Positions 1 through 12,163 are shown, numbered from the stretch's first letter. The stretch: DNA of 64,000 nucleotides from Natronospirales bacterium (GCA_021792635.1 JAJYUH010000002.1:234313-298312), one strand, 5' to 3'. Translations and numbers: made by a program. Notes: a model not told the origin generated them from the sequence alone.

Positions 1-2
1 CC

Positions 3-1787
3 GGCAATGTCATAGACATCTGTCCGGTGGGCGCACTCAACTCCAGGCCGTTCAAGATGCACGGCCGCGGCTGGGAGATGACCCGGCATGAGACGGTATC
101 CCCCCACGATTGTGTGGGTTCCAACCTCTATGGCCACGTGCTGCGCGGAAAACTGATGCGCACCGTGCCCAGACCCAATGAGGCGGTGAATGAGACCTGG
201 ATTGCCGATCGGGATCGCTTCAGCTATGCCGGCGTCTACAGCGCGGATCGCCTGGAACGCCCGATGCTGAAACAAAACGGCGGCTGGCACGAGGTTGACT
301 GGGAGACGGCGCTCGCGGCAGCGGCGAAAATTCTGCGCAGCGTAAACGGTGATGCCGGTATGCTGGCTTCGCCCGGTTCCACCACGGAAGAGCTCTACCT
401 GCTGCAGAAGCTGGCGCGGGGTCTTGGCATCCACAGCATTGATACGCGTCTGCGCCAGGCGGACTTCCGCGATGACGAGTTTGAGCCGCTGTTCCCGTGG
501 CTGGGCCAGTCCATCGAAGACCTGGAGAGGCTGGATACCGCTTTCATCATAGGTTCCAACCTGCGCAAGGAAGTACCGCTGCTCGCGCATCGCATCCGCA
601 AGGCCGCCCTGCGCGGTGCGGCGGTGATGTTCCTCAATCCGCGCCGCTATGAGTTCCTGTTTCCGCTGACCGCTTATCGCAGTGCGGATGCCTATACTTT
701 GCCGGCGGAACTCGCGGCGGTATTGAAGGCCGCGGCGAACACGGCCGGAAAACCATTGCCCGTCCACCTCAAGGATTTCGTGCAGGCCCAGGCGTCGCAA
801 GCGGAGCACGAAAAAATCGCCGCACAACTGCTGCAGGGCAAGTGCCAGGGGATTCTGCTTGGTCGTCTGGCCCTGTCCCATCCCGCCTATGCCGACTTGC
901 GCATGCTGGCGGCGGCGCTCGCCGATGTCACCGGCGCCAAGCTGGGGTATATCTCCGAAGGCGCCAACAGCTCGGGCGCCTGGCTCGCGGGCGCCGTACC
1001 GCACCGCGTCAGCGGCGGCAGGAAAGCCGCCCTCAAGGGTCTCGATGCCCGTGCCATGTTCACGGAGGCGCGCAAGGCCTATGTGCTGATGGGCGTGGAA
1101 CCGGAACTGGATTGCTGGGATGGAGCAGCCGCGCTCGACGCGCTGCAGAAGGCCTCTGTGGTAGCCGTCACTCCGTTTGTGACGGACACCATGAAACGCT
1201 ATGCCGCGGTGCTGTTGCCCGTGTGCAGCTTTGGCGAGACCTCCGGCACCTATGTGAATGCGGAAGGCCGCTGGCAGAGTTTCGCCGGTATGGCCAAGCC
1301 CGTGGGCGAGGCGCGGCCGGGGTGGAAGATTCTGCGGGTACTGGGCAACTTGTGTGAGCTGGAGGGTTTTGAATTCGTGTCTTCGGAGGAAGTGCGCGCC
1401 GAGCTGAAGCAGACTTTGGCTGATATAGCACCGGACAACCGGTTCAAAGGCACGCGCATCCTCAGTGCGGAGCCGCCGGCAAGGGGCTTCAAGCGCGTGG
1501 CCGAGATCCCGCTGTATTCGGTGGACATGCTGGTACGACGCTCCGCACCCCTGCAGGCGACGCACGACGCCGATGCCGCCTGGGTGCTGCTGTCGCCGGT
1601 AGATGCCGGAAAGCTGGGTATCACGGAAAACGCGCGCGTGGCGCTGCAGCATGCGGGTGCGCGCATCACGCTGCCGGCAAAGCTGGATGACAGTGTGCAA
1701 TCTGGCAACGTATTCCTGCCGGCAGGCATTGCGGCCACCGCAGGCTTCGCACCGCTGTATGCCGGTGTGGAACTGGAGCGAGCCTGA
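3..1787 (+). CDS. nuoG: NADH-quinone oxidoreductase subunit G (5' truncated by window edge)
   Basis: Frame open from nt 3 ([12 protein letters not shown]); [11 protein letters not shown] motif; precedes nuoH. Confidence 0.95.
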   Translation, partial: GNVIDICPVGALNSRPFKMHGRGWEMTRHETVSPHDCVGSNLYGHVLRGKLMRTVPRPNEAVNETWIADRDRFSYAGVYSADRLERPMLKQNGGWHEVDWETALAAAAKILRSVNGDAGMLASPGSTTEELYLLQKLARGLGIHSIDTRLRQADFRDDEFEPLFPWLGQSIEDLERLDTAFIIGSNLRKEVPLLAHRIRKAALRGAAVMFLNPRRYEFLFPLTAYRSADAYTLPAELAAVLKAAANTAGKPLPVHLKDFVQAQASQAEHEKIAAQLLQGKCQGILLGRLALSHPAYADLRMLAAALADVTGAKLGYISEGANSSGAWLAGAVPHRVSGGRKAALKGLDARAMFTEARKAYVLMGVEPELDCWDGAAALDALQKASVVAVTPFVTDTMKRYAAVLLPVCSFGETSGTYVNAEGRWQSFAGMAKPVGEARPGWKILRVLGNLCELEGFEFVSSEEVRAELKQTLADIAPDNRFKGTRILSAEPPARGFKRVAEIPLYSVDMLVRRSAPLQATHDADAAWVLLSPVDAGKLGITENARVALQHAGARITLPAKLDDSVQSGNVFLPAGIAATAGFAPLYAGVELERA

Positions 1788-2884
1788 TGTCAGAACTGTT
1801 GACCCAATTGCATGCATTCTGGAGCGCGCTGACAACCTACTGGGTGTCACTGCCGTTCGGCTGGCAACTGACGCTGAAATCCCTTGCCGGCATCGTCGCG
1901 ATCATGCTGCCGCTTATCCTGACGGTGGCTTACCTGACTTTGGCCGAGCGGCGCATTATCGGTTTTATGCAGGTGCGCATGGGGCCGAATCGAGTCGGTC
2001 CCTGGGGCTTGCTGCAGCCATTCGCGGATGTGCTGAAACTCGTATTCAAGGAGGTAATTCTTCCCACCAATGCCAACCGCTTCCTGTTTATCATTGCACC
2101 GGTCATTTCCATCTCCACGGCTTTTGCCGCCTGGGCGGTGGTCCCCTTCAGCAATGGCGTGTTGCTGTCCAATGCCAATGCCGGTCTTTTATATATTCTG
2201 GCACTCACATCATTCGGCGTGTACGGCATCATTCTGTCCGGCTGGGCCTCCAATTCCAAATACGCCTTCCTGGGCGCGATGCGCTCGGCGGCACAGATGG
2301 TGTCCTACGAGATCGCCATGGGTTTCGCCCTGGTGGGTGTGCTCATGGCCAGCCAGAGCCTCAATCTCAATGACATTGTGCTGGCTCAGAATGGCGGATT
2401 CTCACACTGGTTCTGGCTGCCGCTGCTGCCGCTGTTTGTCATTTACTTTGTTTCCGGTGTGGCGGAAACCAACCGTGCCCCGTTCGACGTGGCGGAGGGC
2501 GAATCGGAAATCGTCGCGGGGTTCCATGTGGAATACTCCGGCACGGCATTCGCTGCGTTTTTCCTTGCGGAATACGCCAATATGATCCTGATTTCCGCCC
2601 TGGCCGCCACCTTGTTCTGGGGTGGCTGGCTGTCGCCGGTACAGGGCTGGCACTTTCTGGAAGGCACGTCTCTGGCCTTCCTGATGCACACAAGCTTTAT
2701 ATGGTTTGCCGTCAAAACCTGTGTCTTTCTTTATGCCTTCCTGTGGTTCCGCGCGACCTTTCCGCGCTATCGCTATGACCAGATCATGCGCCTCGGCTGG
2801 AAGGTATTCATTCCCATCACCATCCTGTGGCTGGTGCTGGAGGGCGCGGCCATTGTGCTGAAGATTCCACCCTGGTTCGCGTGA
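1787..2884 (+). CDS. nuoH: NADH-quinone oxidoreductase subunit H
   Basis: [34 protein letters not shown] motifs. Confidence 0.97.
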   Translation: MSELLTQLHAFWSALTTYWVSLPFGWQLTLKSLAGIVAIMLPLILTVAYLTLAERRIIGFMQVRMGPNRVGPWGLLQPFADVLKLVFKEVILPTNANRFLFIIAPVISISTAFAAWAVVPFSNGVLLSNANAGLLYILALTSFGVYGIILSGWASNSKYAFLGAMRSAAQMVSYEIAMGFALVGVLMASQSLNLNDIVLAQNGGFSHWFWLPLLPLFVIYFVSGVAETNRAPFDVAEGESEIVAGFHVEYSGTAFAAFFLAEYANMILISALAATLFWGGWLSPVQGWHFLEGTSLAFLMHTSFIWFAVKTCVFLYAFLWFRATFPRYRYDQIMRLGWKVFIPITILWLVLEGAAIVLKIPPWFA

Positions 2885-2891
2885 GAGCACC

Positions 2892-3380
2892 ATGAACGCA
2901 GTGCGCAGTTGGATCAGGAGCCTGTTGCTGGTGGAACTGTTCCAGGGCCTGGGGCTCACGGGAAAGCTGTTTTTCGCCCGCAAGGTGACCATCCGTTATC
3001 CGGAAGAGAAAACACCCAAATCGCCGCGCTATCGCGGTCTGCACGCCCAGCGCCGCTATGCCAACGGCGAGGAGCGCTGCATCGCCTGCAAGTTGTGTGA
3101 GGCGGTGTGTCCGGCGCTGGCCATCACCATTGACTCGGAGCAGCGCGAGGACGGCACGCGCCGCACCACGCGCTACGACATTGACCTGTTCAAGTGCATT
3201 TACTGCGGTTTTTGCGAGGAAGCCTGCCCGGTGGATGCCATCGTGGAAACCGGCATTACCGAATTCCATTTTGAAAAGCGCGGTGAGCAGATCATGACCA
3301 AGGAAAAACTGCTGGCCATCGGCGACAGATATGAGGCGCAGATCGCCGCCGAACGCGCGGCCGATGCGCCGTACCGCTGA
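2892..3380 (+). CDS. nuoI: NADH-quinone oxidoreductase subunit I
   Basis: Two CxxCxxCxxxCP 4Fe-4S motifs. Confidence 0.97.
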   Translation: MNAVRSWIRSLLLVELFQGLGLTGKLFFARKVTIRYPEEKTPKSPRYRGLHAQRRYANGEERCIACKLCEAVCPALAITIDSEQREDGTRRTTRYDIDLFKCIYCGFCEEACPVDAIVETGITEFHFEKRGEQIMTKEKLLAIGDRYEAQIAAERAADAPYR

Positions 3381-3391
3381 GGACCGGGAAT

Positions 3392-4009
3392 ATGGTACAG
3401 ACCGTTGTTTTCATCGTGCTGGCGGCGATCCTGGTCGGCTCCGCTCTCGGCGTCATCAGCGCGCGCAACCCGGTGCATTCAGCCTTGTTCCTGGTGCTGG
3501 CTTTTGTCACCAGCGCCGGCCTGTGGATTCTGCTGGAAGCGGAATTTCTCGCGCTGGTGCTGGTGCTGGTGTACGTGGGTGCGGTCATGGTGCTGTTCCT
3601 GTTCGTGGTGATGATGCTGGATATAGACACCGACACCCTGCGTCAGGGGTTTGTGCGCTATGCGCCGCTTGGCGTGGTGGTGGCGGCCGTGGTGGTGGTG
3701 GAAATCGGTTACGTGGTGTGGACGCGGAAACTCGGGGTGACGCTCGGTACGCCGGTACCCCATGCCGCGAATTACAGTAATACCCGTGCACTGGGCGACG
3801 TGATCTATACAACCTATGCCTATCCCTTTGAACTGGCGGCGGTGATTCTGCTGGTAGGCATCGTGGCGGCCATCGCGCTGACCCTGCGTCGTCGCCCGGG
3901 TACCCGCAGTCAGAACCCCGCAAAACAGGTGCGCGTCAGCGCCAAGCGCGGCCGCATCCGGCTGGTCAAGATGCCATCGGGTCACGGCCGGGGAGGAGAA
4001 GCACCATGA
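3392..4009 (+). CDS. nuoJ: NADH-quinone oxidoreductase subunit J
   Basis: [24 protein letters not shown] motifs. Confidence 0.96.
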   Translation: MVQTVVFIVLAAILVGSALGVISARNPVHSALFLVLAFVTSAGLWILLEAEFLALVLVLVYVGAVMVLFLFVVMMLDIDTDTLRQGFVRYAPLGVVVAAVVVVEIGYVVWTRKLGVTLGTPVPHAANYSNTRALGDVIYTTYAYPFELAAVILLVGIVAAIALTLRRRPGTRSQNPAKQVRVSAKRGRIRLVKMPSGHGRGGEAP

Positions 4010-4314
4010 CCGTCACCCTGTTTGATTTCCTGGCCCTGAGCGGCGTGCTGTTTGCCATCGGCATGGCGGGCGTGTTCCTGAACCGCAAGAACCTGATTCT
4101 GCTGCTCATGTGCATTGAACTGATGCTGCTGGCGGCAAATTTCAATTTCATCGCTTTTTCGCGTTACCTCAACGACCCCGCAGGACAGGTATTCGTATTC
4201 TTCATTCTCACAGTGGCCGCAGCCGAGGCTGCCATCGGTCTTGCCATCCTGGTGGTGCTGTTCCGCAACCGCCAAAGTATCAATGTTGAAGAACTGGACA
4301 GTATGAAGGGCTGA
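4006..4314 (+). CDS. nuoK: NADH-quinone oxidoreductase subunit K
   Basis: [18 protein letters not shown] motifs. Confidence 0.97.
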   Translation: MTVTLFDFLALSGVLFAIGMAGVFLNRKNLILLLMCIELMLLAANFNFIAFSRYLNDPAGQVFVFFILTVAAAEAAIGLAILVVLFRNRQSINVEELDSMKG

Positions 4315-4315
4315 T

Positions 4316-6346
4316 ATGAATCCGGCGATGCCAACCATTTTCCTCATCATCGTGCTGGCGCCGCTGGCGGCGGCAATTATCGCCGGCATTTTCATGCGCT
4401 TTATCCCGCGCCCTGTTTCACATTGGGTGACCACCCTGGGTGTGGCCTTATCGTTTGTGTTGTCGGTGTATGTGCTCTGGCAGATGTTGTACAAGGGCAT
4501 GGGCAACCTCAACGTCACCGTATACAACTGGGGCGTGGTGGACAACGTGCAATTTCAGGTGGGCTTTCTGATGGACCGCCTGACAGCGCTTATGATCACC
4601 GTGGTGAGTTTTGTCTCGCTGATGGTGCATGTCTATACCATCGGCTACATGGCGGATGACCCGGGTTACAAGCGCTTTTTCAGTTACATTGCCCTGTTCA
4701 CCTTTTCCATGCTCATGCTGGTGATGGCAAACAATTTCCTGCAGTTGTTCTTCGGCTGGGAAGCGGTGGGGCTGGTGTCCTACCTGCTCATCGGTTTCTG
4801 GTACACCCGGCCCACGGCCATCTATGCCGGCCTCAAGGCCTTCCTGGTGAATCGCGTGGGAGATTTCGGCTTCCTGCTGGGCATCGCCCTGGTGCTCACC
4901 TATACCGGCAGCGTGAATTACGCCGCGGTGTTTGCCTATGCGCCGCAGCTCGCCGGCCAGCACATCCAGCTCTTCCCGGGCCTGGCCTGGTCGGTACCCA
5001 CGGTTATCTGCATCCTGCTGTTCGTGGGCGCCATGGGCAAGTCCGCACAGGTGCCGCTGCACGTGTGGCTGCCGGATTCCATGGAAGGCCCGACACCCAT
5101 CTCGGCGCTGATACACGCCGCCACCATGGTGACCGCCGGCATCTTCATGGTGGCGCGCATGTCGCCGCTGTTTGAACTCTCGGATACGGCGCTGTCGGTG
5201 GTGATGATCATCGGCGCCATCACCGCCTTCTTCATGGGTCTGGTGGGTATCGTGCAGAACGACATCAAGCGCGTGATCGCCTATTCGACGCTTTCACAAC
5301 TGGGTTACATGGCAGTCGCCCTGGGCGCCTCCGCCTATGCAGCCGGTATCTTCCATTTGATGACGCACGCCTTCTTCAAGGCATTGCTGTTTTTGGCGGC
5401 GGGCTCGGTGATCATCGCCATGCACCACGAACAGGATATGCGCCGCATGGGCGGTCTGCGCAAGTACATGCCCATCACCTATGTCACATTCCTGATAGGC
5501 TCGCTCGCGCTGATCGCTTTCCCAGGATTCGCCGGGTTTTTTTCCAAGGACACCATCATTGCGGCGGTACATGACTCACGGCGCGCGGGCGCCGGTTTTG
5601 CGTACTGGTGCGTGCTGTTGGGGGTATTCGTAACCGCGCTGTACACCTTCCGCATGTTTTTCATGACATTCCACGGCAAAGAGCGTTTCGTGGTGGAACC
5701 GGGCGGCAAGCATGATCACGGGCATGAAGATCACGCAAGTGAGGAACATCTTGCACCCGGCCATCTGGTCCATCCGCCGAAGGAATCCCCCTGGGTGGTC
5801 ACCGTGCCGTTGATCTTGTTGGCCATCCCATCGCTGTTCATCGGCTGGTTGACAATACAACCGGTGCTGTACGGCGGTTTCTTCGGCTCGTCCATTTATG
5901 TGGCACCCAGTCATCACGTCATGCAGAGGCTCACCGGTGAATTCCATGGTGCCGCCAGCATGGTGAAGGAAAGCGTGACTTCACCCGCGCTCTACCTGGC
6001 ACTGGCCGGAGTTTTCGTGGCCTGGTTTTTCTACCTGTATGCGCCGCGGTTGCCGGCCCTGCTGGCGCAGAAACTCAGCACCTTCTATCAATTGCTGTTC
6101 CACAAGTTCTATTTCGACGAGATCTACGCGTTTTTCATTGCCGGTGGCACGCGCGGCCTGGGCAACGCGCTGTGGAAGGGCGGAGATGGTGCCGTCATTG
6201 ACGGCGTGCTGGTGAACGGTTCGGCGCGGGCAGTGGGCTGGTTATCCGGTATTCTGCGCCGCGGCCAGTCCGGATACCTGTACCACTATGCCTTTGCCAT
6301 GATCGTGGGCCTGTGCCTGTTGCTGGGCTGGCTGCTGTTGCGGTAG
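4316..6346 (+). CDS. nuoL: NADH-quinone oxidoreductase subunit L
   Basis: GKSAQVPLHVWLPDSMEGPTPISALIHAATMV. Confidence 0.97.
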   Translation: MNPAMPTIFLIIVLAPLAAAIIAGIFMRFIPRPVSHWVTTLGVALSFVLSVYVLWQMLYKGMGNLNVTVYNWGVVDNVQFQVGFLMDRLTALMITVVSFVSLMVHVYTIGYMADDPGYKRFFSYIALFTFSMLMLVMANNFLQLFFGWEAVGLVSYLLIGFWYTRPTAIYAGLKAFLVNRVGDFGFLLGIALVLTYTGSVNYAAVFAYAPQLAGQHIQLFPGLAWSVPTVICILLFVGAMGKSAQVPLHVWLPDSMEGPTPISALIHAATMVTAGIFMVARMSPLFELSDTALSVVMIIGAITAFFMGLVGIVQNDIKRVIAYSTLSQLGYMAVALGASAYAAGIFHLMTHAFFKALLFLAAGSVIIAMHHEQDMRRMGGLRKYMPITYVTFLIGSLALIAFPGFAGFFSKDTIIAAVHDSRRAGAGFAYWCVLLGVFVTALYTFRMFFMTFHGKERFVVEPGGKHDHGHEDHASEEHLAPGHLVHPPKESPWVVTVPLILLAIPSLFIGWLTIQPVLYGGFFGSSIYVAPSHHVMQRLTGEFHGAASMVKESVTSPALYLALAGVFVAWFFYLYAPRLPALLAQKLSTFYQLLFHKFYFDEIYAFFIAGGTRGLGNALWKGGDGAVIDGVLVNGSARAVGWLSGILRRGQSGYLYHYAFAMIVGLCLLLGWLLLR

Positions 6347-6358
6347 CGGAAACACATC

Positions 6359-7873
6359 ATGACCACACACTTCCCCATCCTGAGCGTGTTGCTGTGGCTG
6401 CCCATCGCCGGCGGCGTCATTGTGCTTCTGGCGGGGCGGGTGGCACCCAGGTGGGTACGCTGGCTGGCATTGTTTTTCTCCGTCCTGGTGTTTGCCATCA
6501 GTGTGCCTCTGTGGACCCAGTTCAACACCGGTACCGCGGCCATGCAGTTCGTGGAGAACCTGCCCTGGATCCGGACTTTCCACGTTCATTATCATCTGGG
6601 TGTGGACGGCATCTCCATGCCGCTGATTCTGCTCACCACCTTCATGACCGTGCTGGTGGTAATCGCCGGCTGGGAAGTGGTGCACTACAAGCTCGCCCAA
6701 TACATGGCGGCTTTCCTCATCATGGAAGGGCTCATGAACGGCGTGTTCTCGGCCCTGGACGGCCTGCTGTTTTACGTGCTGTGGGAAGCCATGCTGATCC
6801 CGATGTTTCTGATCATCGGTATCTGGGGCGGTCCGCGACGCGTATATGCCAGCATCAAGTTTTTTTTGTACACCTTCCTGGGTTCGGTGCTCATGCTGGT
6901 GGCCATCATCTACATGTACGTGAAATCCGGCAGCTACGACATCCTGACCTTTCAGCAAATGCCGCTTGGCATGACTGCCCAGGTGCTCATTTTTCTGGCT
7001 TTCCTGGCGGCGTTTGCCGTGAAGGTTCCCATGTGGCCGGTGCATACTTGGCTGCCGGACGCCCATGTGGAAGCGCCCACCGGCGGCTCGGTGATTCTCG
7101 CGGCCATCCTGCTCAAAATGGGTGCCTACGGTTTCCTGCGTTTCAGCCTGCCCATTGCCCCGGATGCGAGCCACGCGCTCATGTGGGTCATCATCGCACT
7201 GTCGCTGATCGCCATCATCTATATCGGTTTCGTGGCCGTCGTACAGACGGATATGAAGAAGCTGGTGGCCTATTCCTCCGTTGCGCACATGGGTTTCGTC
7301 ACCCTGGGTTTCTTCATCCTGTTCGTCATTTTTGCGAAGACCGCGAGCACCAGCGGTACGGTCATGGGCGTGGAGGGCGGCCTGGTGCAGATGATCTCCC
7401 ACGGTTTTGTTTCCGGTGCACTGTTTCTGTGCGTGGGCGTGCTGTATGACCGGTTGCACACCCGTGAGATCAATGCCTACGGCGGCGTCATCAACATGAT
7501 GCCGGCATTCGCATTTTTCATGGTGTTGTTCGCCATGGCCAATGTCGGTCTGCCGGGCACTTCCGGTTTCGTGGGCGAGTGGATGGTGATCCTCACCAGC
7601 ATGAAGGCCGGTTTCTGGATCGCTTTCGGTGCCGCATTCACCCTGTTCCTGGGCGCAGCCTATACATTGTGGCTGGTGAAGCGCGTGCTTTACGGCCCGG
7701 TGGGCAATGATCGCGTTGCCGCGATGCGGGACATCAGCAAGCGCGAATTCATCGTCCTCGGTCTGTGCGCCGTTCCGGTGATCGTGATCGGGATCTGGCC
7801 GGCGCCGCTGCTCGATGTGATGCACGCTTCGGTGGTGAATCTGGTGCACCAGGCGGTGCAGTCAAAACTCTAA
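6359..7873 (+). CDS. nuoM: NADH-quinone oxidoreductase subunit M
   Basis: KVPMWPVHTWLPDAHVEAPT, AYSSVAHMG. Confidence 0.97.
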   Translation: MTTHFPILSVLLWLPIAGGVIVLLAGRVAPRWVRWLALFFSVLVFAISVPLWTQFNTGTAAMQFVENLPWIRTFHVHYHLGVDGISMPLILLTTFMTVLVVIAGWEVVHYKLAQYMAAFLIMEGLMNGVFSALDGLLFYVLWEAMLIPMFLIIGIWGGPRRVYASIKFFLYTFLGSVLMLVAIIYMYVKSGSYDILTFQQMPLGMTAQVLIFLAFLAAFAVKVPMWPVHTWLPDAHVEAPTGGSVILAAILLKMGAYGFLRFSLPIAPDASHALMWVIIALSLIAIIYIGFVAVVQTDMKKLVAYSSVAHMGFVTLGFFILFVIFAKTASTSGTVMGVEGGLVQMISHGFVSGALFLCVGVLYDRLHTREINAYGGVINMMPAFAFFMVLFAMANVGLPGTSGFVGEWMVILTSMKAGFWIAFGAAFTLFLGAAYTLWLVKRVLYGPVGNDRVAAMRDISKREFIVLGLCAVPVIVIGIWPAPLLDVMHASVVNLVHQAVQSKL

Positions 7874-7895
7874 GTACTGATTTTTGAGGGAGCCC

Positions 7896-9338
7896 ATGAC
7901 TTTTACGCTGCCAGCTTTCACTCCGGCAATCCCCGAGATGTTCGTGCTCGGGATGGGCTGTTTTATCCTGTTGGTGGACGTGTTCCTCAGTGACCGCCAC
8001 CGCCTGGTGACATATTGGCTGTCCCTGGCCACCGTTGCCGCCACCGCCTGGCTGACGGTGACCATCGCCGAGAACGCCGGGCTGCTCACCTTCGGCGACA
8101 TGTTCGTCAATGACAGCATGGGCAATGTGCTCAAGCTGTTTACCTATCTGACGGTGGCGCTGACCTTTCTGTATTCGCGCGATTACCTCACCGACCGCAA
8201 TCTGTTCAAGGGCGAGTTCTATGTGTTGGGCCTGTTCGGCATGCTCGGCATGATGGTAATGATCTCGGCACATAACTTCATCACCATCTATCTCGGTCTC
8301 GAACTTTTATCCCTGTCGTTGTACGCCATGGTGGCGCTGGATCGCGATTCCCCGGCGGCTTCCGAGGCTGCCATGAAATACTTCGTGTTGGGCGCCATCG
8401 CCTCCGGTATATTGCTTTACGGCATGTCGCTGCTCTACGGTGCAACCGGTACGCTGGATATCACGAAGCTGGGGGTGCATATCGCCGAAGCACCGGAAAT
8501 CGGCATCGGTGTGACCTTCGCCCTGGGCTTCATCATCGTGGGTCTGTGCTTCAAACTTGGCGCCGTGCCGTTCCATATGTGGCTGCCCGATGTGTATGAA
8601 GGTGCGAACACGCCCGTGACGCTCTACGTGGGTTCGGCGCCCAAGATCGCCGCTTTCGCGCTGTTCATGCGTCTGCTGGTGGAAGGACTCGGCGGATTGC
8701 GTGCCGAATGGCGCACGATGCTCATCGTGCTGTCCATCCTGTCCATGGCCATCGGCAGTATCGTGGCCATCGTACAAACCAACCTGAAACGCCTGCTGGC
8801 CTATTCCACCATTTCCCATGTGGGATACATCCTCATGGGCATTCTCGTCGGCACCACTGCCGGTTATCAAGCCGCCATGTTCTATGTCATCACCTATGTG
8901 ATTATGGCCGCCGCGGCTTTCGGCATCATCATCCTGCTGGCACGCAAAGGTTTTGAATCCGACCGTCTGGAAGACTTCAAAGGGCTTAACGATCGCAGTC
9001 CCTGGTTTGCTGCCATGATGCTGATCGTGATGTTCGGCATGGCCGGCGTGCCCCCATTCGTGGGCTTCTTTGGCAAACTCTATGTGTTGCGCGCGGTCAT
9101 TGACGCCGGCATGACTTGGCTTGCGGTAGTCGGCGTGATTTTCGCCATTATCAGCGCCTTCTACTATTTGAAAGTGGTGAAGCTCATGTATTTCGATCGT
9201 GCCCCCGAGGGCGCGAAGCCGGTTGCGGCGAGCCTTGACATGTGCTGGGTGCTGTCCGGTAACGGTCTTGCCATTCTGCTGCTGGGTGTGCTGCCGGGTC
9301 CGCTGATGGCGCTGTGCGCCAGGGTCATCAACTTCTGA
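7896..9338 (+). CDS. nuoN: NADH-quinone oxidoreductase subunit N
   Basis: EAAMKYF, FKLGAVPFHMWLPDVYEGA; ATG 7896 after GAGGGAG. Confidence 0.96.
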   Translation: MTFTLPAFTPAIPEMFVLGMGCFILLVDVFLSDRHRLVTYWLSLATVAATAWLTVTIAENAGLLTFGDMFVNDSMGNVLKLFTYLTVALTFLYSRDYLTDRNLFKGEFYVLGLFGMLGMMVMISAHNFITIYLGLELLSLSLYAMVALDRDSPAASEAAMKYFVLGAIASGILLYGMSLLYGATGTLDITKLGVHIAEAPEIGIGVTFALGFIIVGLCFKLGAVPFHMWLPDVYEGANTPVTLYVGSAPKIAAFALFMRLLVEGLGGLRAEWRTMLIVLSILSMAIGSIVAIVQTNLKRLLAYSTISHVGYILMGILVGTTAGYQAAMFYVITYVIMAAAAFGIIILLARKGFESDRLEDFKGLNDRSPWFAAMMLIVMFGMAGVPPFVGFFGKLYVLRAVIDAGMTWLAVVGVIFAIISAFYYLKVVKLMYFDRAPEGAKPVAASLDMCWVLSGNGLAILLLGVLPGPLMALCARVINF

Positions 9339-9383
9339 CAAGGCTCGGGCGGTGCAACCGGGTGCATGGCGCGCGCGGTTGCC

Positions 9384-9412
9384 TTGAAAAACACCTCTCC
9401 CTCCTATATAGT
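9384..9412 (+). promoter_or_regulatory. Sigma70-type promoter of tRNA-Met
   Basis: TTGAAA-17 nt-TATAGT followed by GC-rich discriminator. Confidence 0.7.
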
Positions 9413-9426
9413 CCGCGGCTGCCGAG

Positions 9427-9503
9427 TGCGGGGTGGAGCAGTCTGGCAGCTCGTCGGGCTCATAACCCGAAGGTCGCAGGTTCAAATCCTGCCCCCGCTA
9501 CCA
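9427..9503 (+). tRNA. Initiator tRNA-fMet (CAT)
   Basis: 77-nt cloverleaf, GGG/CCC anticodon stem around CTCATAA, GTTCAAATC T-loop, 1:72 mismatch (U x U), encoded CCA. Confidence 0.97.
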
Positions 9504-9659
9504 TCATTTCCCGTCCTCCATCCGTCTTGGGGGAGGTCTTCCGCGCCAGCAGCGGCCCGACCGGTGTTCTGGCTGTGAATTTCCGGCAGCCTCTGCTCCA
9601 CGCCGCCTGCAACGTAATCCCGCCAAACCTGGTTTATGCCTGCGCGGCCGTGAGTGCGC

Positions 9660-10874
9660 TCAGGCGCGGCAGCGCTGGAATATCAGCGTGGCGTTGGTGC
9701 CGCCAAAACCGAAGCTGTTGGACATGACGCGCTGCAGTTCCGCCTTCCGTACCTCGCACACGATGGTCAGCCCCGCGGCCTGCGCATCCAATGTCTCGAT
9801 ATTGATGGAAGGAGCGATGAAACCGCCTGCCAGCATCAGCAGGCAGTAAATGGCCTCCTGCACGCCGGCGGCGCCGAGGGAATGACCGGACATGGATTTG
9901 GTGGATGAGATGGGAGGGGCAGCGCCACCGAACACTTCACGGATGGCGCCGAGTTCAGCCGCATCACCGGCCGGGGTGGAGGTGCCGTGGGCATTGAGGT
10001 AATCAATGGGCCCCCTCACGGTATCGAGCGCCATCTGCATGCAGCGTATCGCGCCTTCTCCGGAGGGCGTCACCATGTCGTAGCCGTCGGAGTTGGCGCC
10101 GTATCCCGCCAACTCGGCGTAAATCCTGGCGCCACGCCCTGTGGCGTGTTCCAGCTTTTCCAGTACCACGATGCCGGCTCCGCCGGCAATGACGAAGCCG
10201 TCGCGGTCGGTGTCAAAGGGCCGGGATGCCTGTGCCGGCGTGTCGTTATAGCGCGAGGACAGGGCGCCCATGGCATCAAACATGCCGGTCATGCCCCAGT
10301 GCAGTTCTTCGGCGCCGCCGGCAAAGACGACATCCTGTTTGCCCAACTGGATCTGCTCCATGGCGGTACCGATGCAATGTGCCGAAGTGGCGCATGCCGA
10401 GGAAATGGAATAGTTGAGGCCCTTGATCCGGAACGGCGTGGCAAGACCGGCGGAAACGGTTGAGCACATGGTTCTTGGAACCATGTAAGGCCCCACCCGG
10501 CGCACCCCCCGGCTGCGCAAAGTGTCGGCCATGTCTATCTGGTTGGCAACCGAGCCACCACCCGAACCGACAATGAGACCGGTGCGCGGGTTGGATACCT
10601 GTCCGGCCTTGAGCCCCGCATCGGCGATGGCATCCTGCATGGCGACATAAGCATAAGCGGCCGCATCACCCATGAAACGTTTGATCTTGCGGTCAACCCG
10701 CGCTTCAAGATCAATTTCAGGAACGCCGGCTACCCGGCTGCGCAAACCGAGATCCGCGTATTCCTGCACATAGCGGATGCCGGAGTGCCCCTCACGCAGG
10801 GAGGCAGTGACACTCGCTTTGTCGTTGCCCAGACAGGATACGATTCCAAGTCCGGTAACCACCACGCGTGTCAT
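9660..10874 (-). CDS. fabB: Beta-ketoacyl-ACP synthase I
   Basis: [38 protein letters not shown]. Confidence 0.95.
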   Translation of the reverse strand: MTRVVVTGLGIVSCLGNDKASVTASLREGHSGIRYVQEYADLGLRSRVAGVPEIDLEARVDRKIKRFMGDAAAYAYVAMQDAIADAGLKAGQVSNPRTGLIVGSGGGSVANQIDMADTLRSRGVRRVGPYMVPRTMCSTVSAGLATPFRIKGLNYSISSACATSAHCIGTAMEQIQLGKQDVVFAGGAEELHWGMTGMFDAMGALSSRYNDTPAQASRPFDTDRDGFVIAGGAGIVVLEKLEHATGRGARIYAELAGYGANSDGYDMVTPSGEGAIRCMQMALDTVRGPIDYLNAHGTSTPAGDAAELGAIREVFGGAAPPISSTKSMSGHSLGAAGVQEAIYCLLMLAGGFIAPSINIETLDAQAAGLTIVCEVRKAELQRVMSNSFGFGGTNATLIFQRCRA

Positions 10875-10883
10875 GACAGCGCC

Positions 10884-11396
10884 TTAAAAAGCATCCGTAG
10901 ATGTGAACAAACCGACGCGCAGACTGCTGGCGGTATAAATTTCGCGGTTGTCCGCCAATACACGGCCGTTACCGATGCCCATTACAAGTTTGCGCTCGAT
11001 GACGCGCTTCATGTCTATCTCGTAGCGGACCGTGTTAGCGCTCGGCAGCACCTGGCCAAAGAATTTCACTTCCCCCACACCCAGAGCCCGGCCACGGCCG
11101 GGATTGCCTTTCCAGGAAAGGAAGAATCCCACCAGTTGCCACAGGGCATCGAGTCCGAGACAGCCGGGCATGACCGGATCCCCCTGAAAATGGCAGGCGA
11201 AAAACCACAGATCCGGACGGATATCCAATTCCGCTTCCACCCGTCCCTTGCCGAAGGTGCCGCCGCCGGTGCTGATGAAGGTGATACGGTCAAACATCAG
11301 CATATCGGGAAGCGGCAAGCGCGCGTTCCCGGGGCCGAACATCTCACCACGGCCACAGGCCAGCAGTTCATCGCGGGTAAAGCAGGATTGATTCAT
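10884..11396 (-). CDS. fabA: 3-hydroxyacyl-ACP dehydratase/isomerase
   Basis: [21 protein letters not shown]; start chosen for ~170 aa (alternative 11408). Confidence 0.95.
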   Translation of the reverse strand: MNQSCFTRDELLACGRGEMFGPGNARLPLPDMLMFDRITFISTGGGTFGKGRVEAELDIRPDLWFFACHFQGDPVMPGCLGLDALWQLVGFFLSWKGNPGRGRALGVGEVKFFGQVLPSANTVRYEIDMKRVIERKLVMGIGNGRVLADNREIYTASSLRVGLFTSTDAF

Positions 11397-11761
11397 CGGG
11401 GGACTCATGTAGCGTGGTGGCGATTGGGCCGGATCCGCGGGGGAAATCTTATTTATGCAGGTGCGACGTGCGGCATTGCCCATGCCGCATGCGATACCCG
11501 CAGCGCGATCTCCACTGCGGCTGCGGTCAAGTCGAAAATCAGACTCAGAAAATATCACCGTCACCCACTTGGTCAGTCAGCGGCCCGATATACCGGCAAG
11601 GAGTTGTCTCAAGCATGCACAGGATGCAACCGCGTACCGTTTCCTATTGAACCGCAAGCGACCGGACCTTGTCCAGTACCCGGGTTTCACGCGGGGCATG
11701 TGCGGGAAAACCCTTGCCGCCGTTTCCCGCATATCCGCCGCGCGTTTGGCCGGCACGGTTG

Positions 11762-12163
11762 TCAGATTGTGCCCGTGTGCGCGACTTTGCGGGTCTTTTC
11801 GCGGGTTTCCTGGCAGGGGCGGCAGCGTTTGGCCGTCGGATAGACATGCAGGCGCGCCAGAGAAATCAGCTTGCCGCAGTCGGTGCAGACGCCATAAGTA
11901 CCCGCCTGCATGCGCTGCAGCGCCGCTTCGATATCACGTACTTCCTGGACATCCCGGGCGATGCCGGCAAGCCGCACATCCGCGAGCAGATCGGCTAGCG
12001 ATTCCTCCCCGAGATCATGCACGTGCCCGGCGAGGGTTGCATTTTCCGCGTCGCCGGAGCTCCGCAGCGCGGCACTGATTTCATCCCGCAGTTGTTCGCG
12101 TCTGCTTACGAGCCTGTTGCGCAGTTCGGGATTTTCACTGGGTCCGAATGGCATTGCGTTCAT
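11762..12163 (-). CDS. TraR/DksA C4 zinc-finger family protein (DksA paralogue)
   Basis: Coiled coil plus YGVCTDCG...CRPCQ; GGAGG 7 nt before ATG 12163. Confidence 0.88.
   Translation of the reverse strand: MNAMPFGPSENPELRNRLVSRREQLRDEISAALRSSGDAENATLAGHVHDLGEESLADLLADVRLAGIARDVQEVRDIEAALQRMQAGTYGVCTDCGKLISLARLHVYPTAKRCRPCQETREKTRKVAHTGTI

Noticed and set aside
6242-7849. Long antisense ORFs (e.g. 6242-7849, 16146-17600, 40850-42262, 59783-61060)
   Set aside because: Shadow ORFs of high-GC core genes with no protein motifs
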